The notes under the pieces: model-generated | Seen by the model: the letters and a program-made list of their open reading frames with translations, nothing else | Database searches by the model: none | Told to the model about the DNA's origin: nothing | Origin: Myxococcales bacterium | GTDB lineage: Bacteria > Myxococcota_A > Polyangia > Polyangiales > Polyangiaceae | Assembly: GCA_043747615.1 (NCBI GenBank) | Contig: JAYTOU010000084.1 | Coordinates: 1 to 25,298, forward strand | DNA: 25,298 bases | Direction: 5' to 3' | Part shown: positions 9,052 to 18,017 of the stretch, one piece after another | Position numbering within the stretch: the stretch's first letter is position 1 | Layout of the letters: each line of letters starts with the position of its first letter | Position numbers and translations under genes: made by a program

Positions 9052-10587
9052 TTAGAGCGTCTTCAGGTATTCGATGACCGCTTTGCGATCGGCCGGAGCA
9101 AGGCGGGAGAGAAACGGATGCCCTTCGACGCGGTAGCCGACCTTGTCGCCGTCGTAGGCGTACTCGCCGGCCTTCAGCGCGCGCGGCGACACCGGAACCT
9201 CGTAGCGTACGCCGACCCGATCGAGATCGTAGAGGCCGTTCGTGTCGACGATGAAGTGGCGCGGGCGCTCTTCGGGCGGCGTGGCGAGCGCTTCGAGGCT
9301 CGGCCACTGACCGGCGTGCCCGAAGATCCCCCGGGCCCAGAGATCGAGGAGCACCGGCGGCACGTACCCGCCGCTGTTTCGAACGCGGGTGTAGCCCCGG
9401 GTGAGAGGAAATGCGTTGGCCGCCTCGACGAACGCGGGGGTGACCGCGTCGAGACGCGCGGAGTCGGTGCCGACCTGCTCGATGGGGATGACCCGCTCGC
9501 GGTAGCTTACGCGCATCTCGCCGTTTCCGTGATCGACGTAGTAGCCGTGGCACTTCGCGCAGCTGGCCTCGAAGGCCGTTTTGCCATGCGAGACGAGCTC
9601 GCCATCGACGGCCTTGGGGTACGGCAGCTTGCGGCTGAAACCCTTCAAATAAAGGTACATGCTCGTGGCGACGTGCGGGTGCGAGAGGTACCACTCCGGC
9701 CGCGCGCCAAAGAGGAAGTCCGCCTCGAGGACCAGCGCCTGCGGGCTGCCGTAACCCGATGCGTCGTACGAGAAGGTGTCGCGAAAAGGAAAGCCGCGCA
9801 CGTCGGGAACCTTGCTCCAGCCGATCGCTTCTTGCACCGGCAGCGGGCGCGCGCGGTAGCCATCGAGAGCGATCTGGAACGCTTCGATCGTGGCCATGCG
9901 CCCGGGGAGCGCGACATCGAAGCGCTTGATCGCGCCGGCGCGCTTGGCGCTCTGCGCCTTGAACGCTTTGATGGTGGCATTGACGATCGGACCGCGCACC
10001 GGCTCGAGCCACGGCACGCTCCACTCCTTCGCGCGCTTCGTCGCGAGCTCCTGGATGCGACCGGCATCCAGCTTGGGGTCGGTGCCGATCCGCATGAGCG
10101 CGTTGGCGTACGCATGAGGGCGCACGCGTTTGTTCCCGAGGCCGGGCACGATGACGTCGCCCGACTCGAGACGCAGCCGCTCGGCGTGACACATCTGACA
10201 ATTGGCCACGAGCCAGGGCACGCCCGAGTTCGGATCGGTCACGAGGTGAAAGCCGATCGGCACCACGCGAGGATCACCGTGCGCCGCGGGATCGAGATTG
10301 AAGCCGAACTTTTCCGCGAGCTCGTTCCAGTCCTTCCCGAGCTCTTGAGGGTAGCTCTCCATGAAGGCGAGAAAGATCGGATAGGCGATGCCGGTGGCGT
10401 ACGGATCACCGCCGCCGAGGTGCTGAAAGTACTCTTTTCCGGCCTCCGCCGAGATCGGCTGGTCGGCGTACTCCGCGGGTGACGACATCGTCGGCGCGCA
10501 GCCGCTCGCGAAGGCGGCGGCCACCGCCACGATCGAAATCGAGAAAAGCGCGCAGAGACTGACGCTTCGTTTCATCGAGGCCTTCAT
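9052..10587 (-). CDS. Dihaem c-type cytochrome, RoxA-like family, probable lipoprotein
   Basis: CQMCH and CAKCH motifs; VGTDSAR, GYVPPVLLDLWA, GHAGQWPSL, EGHPF and IEYLKTL motifs; ATG 10587 overlaps the gntR stop (ATGA); lipobox ASGC. Confidence 0.85.
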   Translation of the reverse strand: MKASMKRSVSLCALFSISIVAVAAAFASGCAPTMSSPAEYADQPISAEAGKEYFQHLGGGDPYATGIAYPIFLAFMESYPQELGKDWNELAEKFGFNLDPAAHGDPRVVPIGFHLVTDPNSGVPWLVANCQMCHAERLRLESGDVIVPGLGNKRVRPHAYANALMRIGTDPKLDAGRIQELATKRAKEWSVPWLEPVRGPIVNATIKAFKAQSAKRAGAIKRFDVALPGRMATIEAFQIALDGYRARPLPVQEAIGWSKVPDVRGFPFRDTFSYDASGYGSPQALVLEADFLFGARPEWYLSHPHVATSMYLYLKGFSRKLPYPKAVDGELVSHGKTAFEASCAKCHGYYVDHGNGEMRVSYRERVIPIEQVGTDSARLDAVTPAFVEAANAFPLTRGYTRVRNSGGYVPPVLLDLWARGIFGHAGQWPSLEALATPPEERPRHFIVDTNGLYDLDRVGVRYEVPVSPRALKAGEYAYDGDKVGYRVEGHPFLSRLAPADRKAVIEYLKTL

Positions 10588-11276
10588 GAGCGGCGGGCTT
10601 TCTTGGGAGCGAAGAGGGCCTTGATGCCAGGAGTGAGCGCGGCAACGTAGTAAGCAAGCGGGGCGTCGTCGGCGCGGAGGCGGCGCGCGAGCTCGACGTA
10701 GAACGCGTAGCGCTGGGAGACGGGCGCGGGATTCGGGAACACGGGGCGGGCGGCGAGCTCGAGGTACCACCAGCGGACCTCCGCCACGAGGATGCGATTG
10801 CCGCCCCCTTGGGCGACCGCCGACCAGAATTCCATTTCGAGCTCGGCGAGCGCACGCGCGTCACGGCGGGCGAGCGAGGCTGCCTCCGCGAGCGCGACGA
10901 GGGCGGCTCCCGCGGCGGGCGATGCGCGGCGCGCGAAGACGTCGACCAGCGACATCCCCTGGGTGAACTGCTTCTCGAGGACCTCGTGCGCGAGATCGCG
11001 CGCGGCGCCTCCGTCGGGAGCGAGCGTGTAGAAGAGCTCGATGACCTGGAGGTTCCCGCTCTGCCTCGGATCGAGCACGCGGGTCGCGCCGCCCTGCCGG
11101 ACCTCGACCAGCCCTGCCTCCGCCAGGCGATGAACGGCCTGACGAACGAGGAGCTTCGAGACTCCGAAGCGCTCGCTGAGCATGCGTTCGGCGGGGAGCG
11201 GCGACCCTGGGCTCACGCTTCCGCCAACGATCTCCGTCGCGATCTCCTTGAAGACGATGTCTGCGAGGTGAGGCAT
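10584..11276 (-). CDS. GntR family (FadR-like) transcriptional regulator
   Basis: N-terminal winged HTH: LPAERMLSERFGVSKLLVRQAVHRLAEAGLVEVRQGGAT; helical C-domain. Confidence 0.93.
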   Translation of the reverse strand: MPHLADIVFKEIATEIVGGSVSPGSPLPAERMLSERFGVSKLLVRQAVHRLAEAGLVEVRQGGATRVLDPRQSGNLQVIELFYTLAPDGGAARDLAHEVLEKQFTQGMSLVDVFARRASPAAGAALVALAEAASLARRDARALAELEMEFWSAVAQGGGNRILVAEVRWWYLELAARPVFPNPAPVSQRYAFYVELARRLRADDAPLAYYVAALTPGIKALFAPKKARRS

Positions 11277-11280
11277 CCCC

Positions 11281-11311
11281 GTTACTTAGTAACTTAGTTA
11301 CTAGGTGTCAA
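11281..11311 (-). promoter_or_regulatory. Sigma70-type promoter (TTGACA-17-TAAGTA) for a probably leaderless gntR mRNA, overlapped by a triple 8-bp repeat operator
   Basis: -35 at 11311-11306, -10 at 11288-11283, ATG 6 bp further on; plus strand reads GTTACTTA GTAACTTA GTTACTAG at 11281-11304. Confidence 0.7.
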
Positions 11312-11784
11312 GGACGGATCTTCGGCTTCGGGCCACGACGAAGCCGGCGGGGGTGGCGAACGCTTGGATCTCAATCTTCGATTCCTGAGACCTGGTCGGC
11401 GACGACGTGACCGAAGGCGTTCGAGGTGACTCTCGACCGCGGCGAAGGTCCGGCGTCCTGCCACGGCACCGGTCCTTCCAAGATCGCTCCGTGACGAGAT
11501 GGCCACGACACTGCGACGGGCGCCGGAAGCCTGATCCGCGCCAGGGCCCCGAACCCAGCCACGAGGAACCCAGGAGTGATTCTTCGGCGTGACACGCGCG
11601 AGCAGCTCCGTCTCCTGGACGAGCGCCGAGCGTATTTGCGACGAGGTGCGAGAGCGCCACGTTTCTATTCGCTGCGACCACGGCGCTTGCGCGCGACACG
11701 GTCGAAGAGCGACGCGCGTTCTTGTCGTAGGCTTGTAAGCGCGCGACGAGCCAATACTGTATTCACGCTGCAGCAGCGCCAGGA

Positions 11785-13425
11785 GTGATAGACCTTCGTC
11801 CCGTGAGGCCCGCTTTCTTCGCCTTTCTTGCCGCGCTCAGCGCGTGCGGAACGCCGCCACGGACGCCAACCATCGCGAACATTGCCGGCCCAGCACCGAA
11901 AATGAGCGACGAGAGCGACCCGTGTGTGCGCGCGGTGGTATCCCGGCTTCGTGACGCTCCCTTCCCCGCGACGCTCACGCTCATCGGCGCACCGGACGAG
12001 CCGAAGGCCGCGGTGATCGACGGGTGGCTCCGCGCGCTCGCGAAGAGGGCGGGGCCAAAGATCGAATACCATTGGATCGCGGTGGACGATCCATCACCCA
12101 GGTACGCGCGGGAGATCGGGCTCGACGAAGCGCGCTCCTTCGGCGTCGTCGTCAGCCTCGGTGTCAACGCCGCCTCCGTTTCGCTCGCAAACCCGAGCAC
12201 GGCTGCGGCCAGAGCGTGGATCGAAAAAGCTGCTAGGTCGGTCGTGGCCCACGCCCAAGGACGGACTCGCCGCGTCGGCTACCTGGGGACGAACGACAAT
12301 CTTACGACGCAGCTCCATCAAGCGATGGGTCATCTCGAGCTCTTTCCGCTCGACCTCACGACGGGGATCCCGCCCAACGTCGACGTCGTTCTCCTTCTCG
12401 AGCCTGCCTCGGCCGCCGACCAGCGGAGCATCGACGACTTCGCAAAGCGCGGAGACAAGACGGTCGTGATCGTCCCGCCGGAGCTCACGACGAAAAGCTT
12501 CATCGCGCTCATGAACGTGATCGACGGCCGCGATGCCGATGACGATGAGCGGGCGTGCACCGCTCAGCTCGCGTCCACAGAATCGCTTCCTTCCGCACCG
12601 GCAGGCGGAACCACGGAACCCTGGCATCCGCCGCAAGCGACGAAGCTCCTCCGCAAAGAGGACGTGACGCGGATCACGCGCTTCGACATCGAATCGAACG
12701 GCGCGAGGATCGTCGCCGAACGCAGCAACGCGGGATGGCACCTGGTCGTACCCGTCTCGGCCGACGCAAACGCGGAGAACGTCACGCACGCGCTCGAGAA
12801 CCTCTCGGAGGTGACGCTTCGCGAAGCCTTGCCGAGCGGAGCCGACGCGTCTCTCGGTCTCGCAGGCCCGAACGCGCTTCATGTCGTCGCGTCCGCCGGG
12901 TCGAGCAAGGTCGTCGATATCGTCGTTGGTCTAGACGGCGAGCTCGGAACCGCGATGCGCGGCACCGATACGCGCGTTGCTCACGGATTCAGCCGATGGC
13001 TGTTCGACCTGCATCCCAAGCGCTGGCGCCGAACGACGCTCTGGCAAGTCGAGCGGACGATGGTGAAGGAGATCAAGGTCGAGAGCGATCGCGCGAAATG
13101 GGTGTTCGTCCGCGCCGGCGCTTCCTGGAAAGCCACGCGCGACGGACGCACCGTGTCCTCTCTTTCGGCACAGCGCATCGGGGACCTCGTCAACGCCTTT
13201 CGCGAGCTACGGGCCGAAGACTTCGCGGAGGAGGGCGCCGACACCGGTCTCGACAAGCCATCGACGCTGCGGCTCGAGCTCGATGGCAGCAAACATGTCG
13301 GCGTCCAGATCGGCAAACAGCGGGCGAGCGGCGGTGGTCGCTACGCGCGCGTCGAAGGCGACCCGGCGATCTACGTGCTCTCCGAGTTCACCGGCGGCAT
13401 CGTCGATCGCCTCGATGCGCCCTGA
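11785..13425 (+). CDS. Lipoprotein with a partial GldG-like N-region fused to a DUF4340-like domain
   Basis: Lipobox LSAC; RVGYL...LDLTTGIPPNVDVVLLLEP...IDDFAKRG (GldG-like); WHLVVPVSADAN, LRAEDFAE, TGLDKP, YARVEGDPAIY (DUF4340-like); start could be GTG 11803. Confidence 0.75.
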   Translation: MIDLRPVRPAFFAFLAALSACGTPPRTPTIANIAGPAPKMSDESDPCVRAVVSRLRDAPFPATLTLIGAPDEPKAAVIDGWLRALAKRAGPKIEYHWIAVDDPSPRYAREIGLDEARSFGVVVSLGVNAASVSLANPSTAAARAWIEKAARSVVAHAQGRTRRVGYLGTNDNLTTQLHQAMGHLELFPLDLTTGIPPNVDVVLLLEPASAADQRSIDDFAKRGDKTVVIVPPELTTKSFIALMNVIDGRDADDDERACTAQLASTESLPSAPAGGTTEPWHPPQATKLLRKEDVTRITRFDIESNGARIVAERSNAGWHLVVPVSADANAENVTHALENLSEVTLREALPSGADASLGLAGPNALHVVASAGSSKVVDIVVGLDGELGTAMRGTDTRVAHGFSRWLFDLHPKRWRRTTLWQVERTMVKEIKVESDRAKWVFVRAGASWKATRDGRTVSSLSAQRIGDLVNAFRELRAEDFAEEGADTGLDKPSTLRLELDGSKHVGVQIGKQRASGGGRYARVEGDPAIYVLSEFTGGIVDRLDAP

Positions 13426-13930
13426 TGTTCGGATGATGCGCATTTGCCTGCGCGAGTGGCCACTCCCGACGCGTCCATGCCGATTCAGCCTCAACCACTG
13501 ACTCTCGCGCGTCGCAATTACGAGCGCATCTCGAGCTCGCGCATGCGAGCGGTCCGGATGGCGACGCGCCACGGAGTAGAGGTGTCTAACCGCCTACTAA
13601 AGGCCTGAAGGATGAAGGCGTCACCGTCTCCGATGCGTTCGACCGCGAGCGTCCCCCCACCTGTCGCGCGGCTGCTCGGTCTCTCCTCCGAACGCTCGAG
13701 AGCACGTTGGTGGTCGTGCTCGGGGCGAGCCCGTAGGTGGCGTCGTCAGGTCACGAGGAACTTCGACGCGCTCGCGTCCAGCCGATTACACGTGTAAAAA
13801 AAACCGCGCACCCCAGATCGACTACCCAACAACAGAGCGATCGGAAGACCATGGTGACGAGTGTTCGCAGACGTGATCGGTCGAGGCACACCTGGACAGG
13901 CGCATCAATCGGGGTAACAAGGATGGCCTC

Positions 13931-14710
13931 GTGACCAAACGTCCGCCGAAGACCGAAGCGACCCGCGCGAAGGAGATCATTGCCTCCCTCCAGATGGGTG
14001 AGCCCGGTTCGGCGGAGGTCTTCGACGCGTTCTGGAAGCTCGACGAGCTCTCGGTGGAGGTCGTCCGCGACGCCGTGGCTTCGTGGATGGGGCCGCTGTC
14101 CAGCCTCGATCAGCTCGACCCGGCGACGCGTCTGGCCCTGAAGTTACCGCCTCGTGCTCTTCGACTGAGGACACTCTCGGTCGTCAGGGATGCGGACATC
14201 CTCGATCTCGGACCGGTGGCGGAGGACCAGCTTCGACTCGCCGGCAAAAGCTGGGACGGCGTCGACCTCACGCCCGAAGAGCGTCTCGACGGCGAGGTCG
14301 AAGGCTCGTTTGCAGGGACCCTCGAACGCCGCGTTCTCGCGGACGCCGAAGCGCACGGCGCGATCCCACTCTTCGACGTCCTGCTCTTCGCCGGGGACGC
14401 CGGCGTCGTGTTCGCGGCGGGAACGACCGAGAAGGTAGCGCTGATGGCGTACGGCAAGGTCGAGCTCCGCGACCCACGTACGCGCGTTGCCATCGAGGAG
14501 GCGCTCGCACTGCCCGACGCTTTTCCCTCTGAGGACATCCCTCTTCAGCCCGTAACCGTCGCTCGGAAGATGGCGACGAAGGTGGCGAAGAAAAAGATGG
14601 CGACGAAGACGAAGCCCGCGACGAAGACGAAGGCGGCGAGGACGGCAAAGGTCAAACGCGCGCCGAATAAGGCCAAGAAGAGCGCGGCGAAGGCCCCGCG
14701 ACGGCGCTAA
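13931..14710 (+). CDS. Hypothetical protein with an acidic core and a Lys/Ala-rich histone-H1-like C-terminal tail
   Basis: 259-aa ORF with coding-like codon usage; tail KMATKVAKKKMATKTKPATKTKAA...KAPRRR. Confidence 0.8.
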   Translation: MTKRPPKTEATRAKEIIASLQMGEPGSAEVFDAFWKLDELSVEVVRDAVASWMGPLSSLDQLDPATRLALKLPPRALRLRTLSVVRDADILDLGPVAEDQLRLAGKSWDGVDLTPEERLDGEVEGSFAGTLERRVLADAEAHGAIPLFDVLLFAGDAGVVFAAGTTEKVALMAYGKVELRDPRTRVAIEEALALPDAFPSEDIPLQPVTVARKMATKVAKKKMATKTKPATKTKAARTAKVKRAPNKAKKSAAKAPRRR

Positions 14711-15396
14711 CCTCGAGATCGAAGGACGGCGCCGCCTCCATCCGAGAGCAGCTTGCGCAGGTCCGCGACCTCGCACTCCACCCGCGCCATCCACCCGCCT
14801 TTACCTTTGCGCGCGACGACGGTGGCCTTGCTCACTCCCCGCGCTCGAAGTTGTTTCTCCGTGCTCCGCGCGATCTCTTCGGCGGCGTGCCGGGCGGGAT
14901 CCCGACGCGCGTTCTTCCGGAGCTGCCGCGTCCTTCGGGCCTCGCGCACGATCTCGGCGGCGCTGAGCTTCTCGACGCCGCGCCGTTGCCCTCTAACGAC
15001 GGCTCCGACCCGCACGATGTCCGCTCCGGTCTCCGCAGCCGCCGTTGCCGCGGCGAGGCGCACGAGGCCGTGAGCCTTCTCGAGCCCGAGCTCCAGGGCT
15101 TGACGCTTGCTGTAATTCTCGACGACGTCGATCAGCTTGTAGGCCTGCGACTTTCCCATGACGCCGTGCTGCTCGAGCATCTCGACGAACGTCTTGCAGC
15201 CGAGCGTGACGAAGAGCTTCTTCCGGAGGAGCTCACGAAGCGCGGTGCCGAGCGAATAGAACTCCTGCGCGATGCGCCCTTTGCTCGTGGCGATTTGCGC
15301 GAGGAGCTCCTCGGCGCGTTTTGTTGCCGTGCGGGTAAGGACGGCGACTTCTTTTTTGGAGACGACGAGCGATGACGACGTGGATTTCTTTTGCAT
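14707..15396 (-). CDS. Basic hypothetical protein, DUF3102-like N-region (putative DNA-binding)
   Basis: IAQEFYSLGTALREL...KTFVEMLEQ...GKSQAYKLI pattern; AAGGGGGG RBS; converges on and overlaps the previous gene's stop. Confidence 0.7.
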   Translation of the reverse strand: MQKKSTSSSLVVSKKEVAVLTRTATKRAEELLAQIATSKGRIAQEFYSLGTALRELLRKKLFVTLGCKTFVEMLEQHGVMGKSQAYKLIDVVENYSKRQALELGLEKAHGLVRLAAATAAAETGADIVRVGAVVRGQRRGVEKLSAAEIVREARRTRQLRKNARRDPARHAAEEIARSTEKQLRARGVSKATVVARKGKGGWMARVECEVADLRKLLSDGGGAVLRSRG

Positions 15397-15445
15397 GACG
15401 ACAACCCCCCTTTTTGGTGGGGCGAATGTCGCACGCCGGGGGCCT

Positions 15446-15486
15446 CCATTCCAGGTGCTGGAATATTCTTCCAGGTGCTGGAATGG
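15446..15486. promoter_or_regulatory. Two tandem palindromes TTCCAG-GTG-CTGGAA with a 20-bp period; putative protein-binding site
   Basis: Identical 15-mers at 15449-15463 and 15469-15483; block bounded by CCATTCCAG/CTGGAATGG; about 50 bp upstream of ATG 15396. Confidence 0.7.
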
Positions 15487-15537
15487 CTTTGGGTCACCCG
15501 CGAAATAAGCCGCCGTCGGTGAAGCCCCCCAACGTAC

Positions 15538-15810
15538 TTAGGCCGGGTCAGTCATCGGCGGGCCCTGCTGCGCGTGGCTATTTTGCTCCGATTGGTTGGT
15601 CCACGTCGTGACGAGTCCCGCGTCGACCAGCATCTTCGCCGGATCAGCCTCTAACCAAAGGACGAGCTTCCCTCCGAGGGATGCCGGCGAGAAACCCGCG
15701 TCTGCGACGGCATCCGTGGCGGCATCTGCGCCAAGCGCACCATCCGTTGCTGCGCCATCGAGCCCGGCATCGGTGGAGCCGTTCGTCTGATCTGCAGAGG
15801 GTCGATGACG
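15538..15810 (-). pseudogene. Internal fragment of a paralog of the 15964 gene (DAG linker plus LVLWLEAD...VTTWTNQS)
   Basis: Frame reads SADQTNGSTDAGLDG...DAGFSPASLGGKLVLWLEADPAKMLVDAGLVTTWTNQSEQ; its 5' side runs into the repeat at 15813 with no signal peptide. Confidence 0.65.
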
Positions 15811-15812
15811 AA

Positions 15813-15920
15813 GAATGTAGGAAAACCAAGGCTCCTCGCGATCGCAAGCAGCTCTCAGTTGGAGACGGAATCCCTCCGCAGTTGATCGTCGAAATTGCGC
15901 CAGGTCGACCTAATTTGAGG
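15813..15920 (+). repeat. Dispersed repeat, full-length copy (108 bp)
   Basis: GAATGTAGG...CCTAATTTGAGG; collinear with 23331-23443 apart from small indels and substitutions. Confidence 0.95.
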
Positions 15921-15963
15921 CGACGCGATTGTGGCGCTCGGCGCGTTCCGCTAGTCTCAAATT

Positions 15964-16908
15964 ATGTCGCGGCATCGGCGGATCTTCGGTGCCGTGCTGG
16001 CCGGAGCCGCGTGCGTGTCGTGCGCGCAGCTCTTCGGAATCGACGACCTCGCCTACGTGACGGGGGGCGCCGACGGCTCGGTAGACGGCGCGATCGACGG
16101 CTAGATGGTTGGCAGCGCACCGAACGAAGGGGGACGGATGGACGCGGCGTCGCCGTTCACCAAACGGAAGGTGCCTGGCGTCGTGCTGTGGCTCGAAGCG
16201 CGGGACGGCGTCAACGGCGCGGCAGGAAGCGGTATCGTGCCCCACGACGGCGACCTCGTGTCCGTGTGGTCCGACAGCTCGGGCAATCACAACGACATGC
16301 GAGAACCGCGCTCCGTGCCCGGTATCGTGTACCGGCAGACCGGGCTGAATGGAGGGCCTGCCCTGGAGCTCTCTACGTTGGCCAGCCCGGGATCCCAGAA
16401 GCGCCTGGAAGCGGCTGACAACGCCACGCTCCGCTTTGGGGTGAACAACTTCGTGGTCGGAGGCTTCACGGCGCGCGGACTGTCAGGCTCGCCTTATTTC
16501 TTGTTTGGCAACGAAGCGAGCGGAACTTATTTCACGATAATCATGAATAGCGCGCGGTGGCCATACTTCGGCGTGTGTGGGCTGGCGCCCGATGCAGCCT
16601 TCGCTTGCTCCGCTTGCTCCCTGGCAGGATTCACGCCCGACGCCGGTCCCCTCACGCCGACGTTCTACAGCGCTCACCGTGTTGCCATGGGCGGGGGCAT
16701 GCAGACGGTCGATTTGAAGGAAAACGGCGGGTTCGAGAACAGCCAGGCGGGGGCCCTCGTCGACGTGAACTCGGGCGCGGCACTCACGTTCTCCGTCTCC
16801 GACGGCACCTTCCGCGTCGCGGCCCTCATCCTGATCAGCAGCGCCTCCTTCGGCGACCCCGAACGCCAAAAGGTCGAGGCCTATCTACGAGCGAGCTGCG
16901 GGCTTTAG
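15964..16908 (+). pseudogene. Lipoprotein with a LamG/concanavalin-like domain, interrupted by an in-frame TAG
   Basis: ATG 15964 gives MSRHRRIFGAVLAGAACVSCAQLFGIDD; TAG at 16102-16104 is in frame with ORF 16105-16908 (VVLWLEA, WSDSSGNHND, GLNGGPAL, ERQKVEAYL). Confidence 0.75.
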
Positions 16909-16921
16909 ACTCCTACCGGAC

Positions 16922-17986
16922 ATGCCTTCGGAGTCAGTTCGAGCGAATCTACACTATGGTAGGCCCCTTTCCATCAAGCGCGCCGGTACCGTGTTCGCCG
17001 CGTGCGTTCTCGCGAGCGGGTCGGCTCGGGCCGAGGTGCCCGACAGCGCCAGGAGCTCCCCGCTCGCGGTGGTGCGCTTTGCCTTCTGGGGTGCCGACGG
17101 CTGTCCGACCGAGCAAGACTTCGTCGCTCAGGTGAGCACGCGCACCGCGCACTTTCGGATCGCCGGGCCAGCGGAGCGCGCCCGTACGTTCTTCGTCACG
17201 GTGAAAGAGCTGCCTGACGATGCGACCGATCGGTTCGTTGGCGCGCTCATGGTGCAAGAAGAGGACGGCCGAAAATCAGAGCGGAGCCTCGCGGGGGCGG
17301 ATTGCGCACAGGTCGCGACGGCGCTTTCCATCGTCATCGCCATCGAGCTCGACCCCGAAGCCGCGGCCCGCGAGCCGAAGGAGCCTCCGCCCGTCACCCC
17401 GGTGGCGCCGCCGCCCCCCCCGCGCGTCCAGATGGTGGAGAGATCGCCGTGGAGGGTCGGAGCGATCCTCGGAGGCGGGCTCGTGAGCGCGCTCGCTCCA
17501 ACTCTGGCGGGCAGCGCCGAGCTGAGCATCGAGCTTCGTCGCGAGAGCCCGCGCCTCCTCGCGCCGGTTTTCCGATTTGGTTTTGCGTTCTCCGGGAACT
17601 CGACCCACCGCGACGTCGGGTCCGCCCAGATCGTGGTCTTCACGCCGTCGCTCGAAGCGTGTCCGGTGCAGCTCGCGCTCGCCGCGCGAAGGCTGATTTT
17701 CGAGCCCTGCGCGCGTATGACGGCAGGTTTTTATTACGCGCAGGGAAGCACTCCGACGCCGGCGCGCGGACAGAATCAGCTCGCCATCTGGGGCTCGCTC
17801 GGCGCGGTCGTGCGGGCGCTGTGGCTCTTCGCTGGCCCAGTATTTTTCGAAGTCGACGGGGAGATCCTCGCTCCCCTCGAGCGAGACCGCTTTTATTTCG
17901 GTGAGGTCCGCACGAGCCCGCTCTATTTCCAGGCCCCCCCGGTGGGCTTCCGTGGAACAATCGGCGTCGGTGTTCACTTTTTGTGA
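16922..17986 (+). CDS. Exported protein with a Cys-paired N-domain, Pro-rich linker and C-terminal beta-barrel-like region
   Basis: Signal ending ARA-E; GCPTEQDF and ERSLAGADCAQV; alternating beta pattern ending GTIGVGVHFL; exact start uncertain. Confidence 0.75.
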   Translation: MPSESVRANLHYGRPLSIKRAGTVFAACVLASGSARAEVPDSARSSPLAVVRFAFWGADGCPTEQDFVAQVSTRTAHFRIAGPAERARTFFVTVKELPDDATDRFVGALMVQEEDGRKSERSLAGADCAQVATALSIVIAIELDPEAAAREPKEPPPVTPVAPPPPPRVQMVERSPWRVGAILGGGLVSALAPTLAGSAELSIELRRESPRLLAPVFRFGFAFSGNSTHRDVGSAQIVVFTPSLEACPVQLALAARRLIFEPCARMTAGFYYAQGSTPTPARGQNQLAIWGSLGAVVRALWLFAGPVFFEVDGEILAPLERDRFYFGEVRTSPLYFQAPPVGFRGTIGVGVHFL

Positions 17987-18012
17987 TCACGGAGGGGCTC
18001 GCTTCGCATTAG
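17980..18012 (+). promoter_or_regulatory. Putative ECF promoter TTTGTGATCACG-N16-ATTAG upstream of the sigma gene
   Basis: The same bipartite motif with identical spacing recurs at 19528-19560. Confidence 0.55.
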
Positions 18013-18017
18013 CGGCC

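Noticed and set aside
448..10482. Long antisense or alternate-frame ORFs (448-1611, 3233-4339, 4501-5673, 8726-10201, 9118-10482)
   Set aside because: Arg/Pro-rich shadow frames typical of high-GC DNA, overlapping well-supported genes
10588..10770. N-terminal extension of the cytochrome ORF (similar extensions at 2419-2493, 7797-7913 and 23378-23476)
   Set aside because: They overlap neighbouring genes or the repeat, and signal peptides begin at the downstream ATGs
11312..11784. Possible gene remnants or small ORFs here and at 13426-13930
   Set aside because: No frame shows both consistent codon bias and a recognisable motif
15449..15483. Palindromes as parS
   Set aside because: parS-type sites have TTCCA/TTTCA-CG-TGGAA/TGAAA spacing; here the centre is 5 bp, and no parAB is nearby
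15538..15546. TTAGGCCGG as an inverted copy of the repeat's right end
   Set aside because: Only a 9-bp match, compatible with chance
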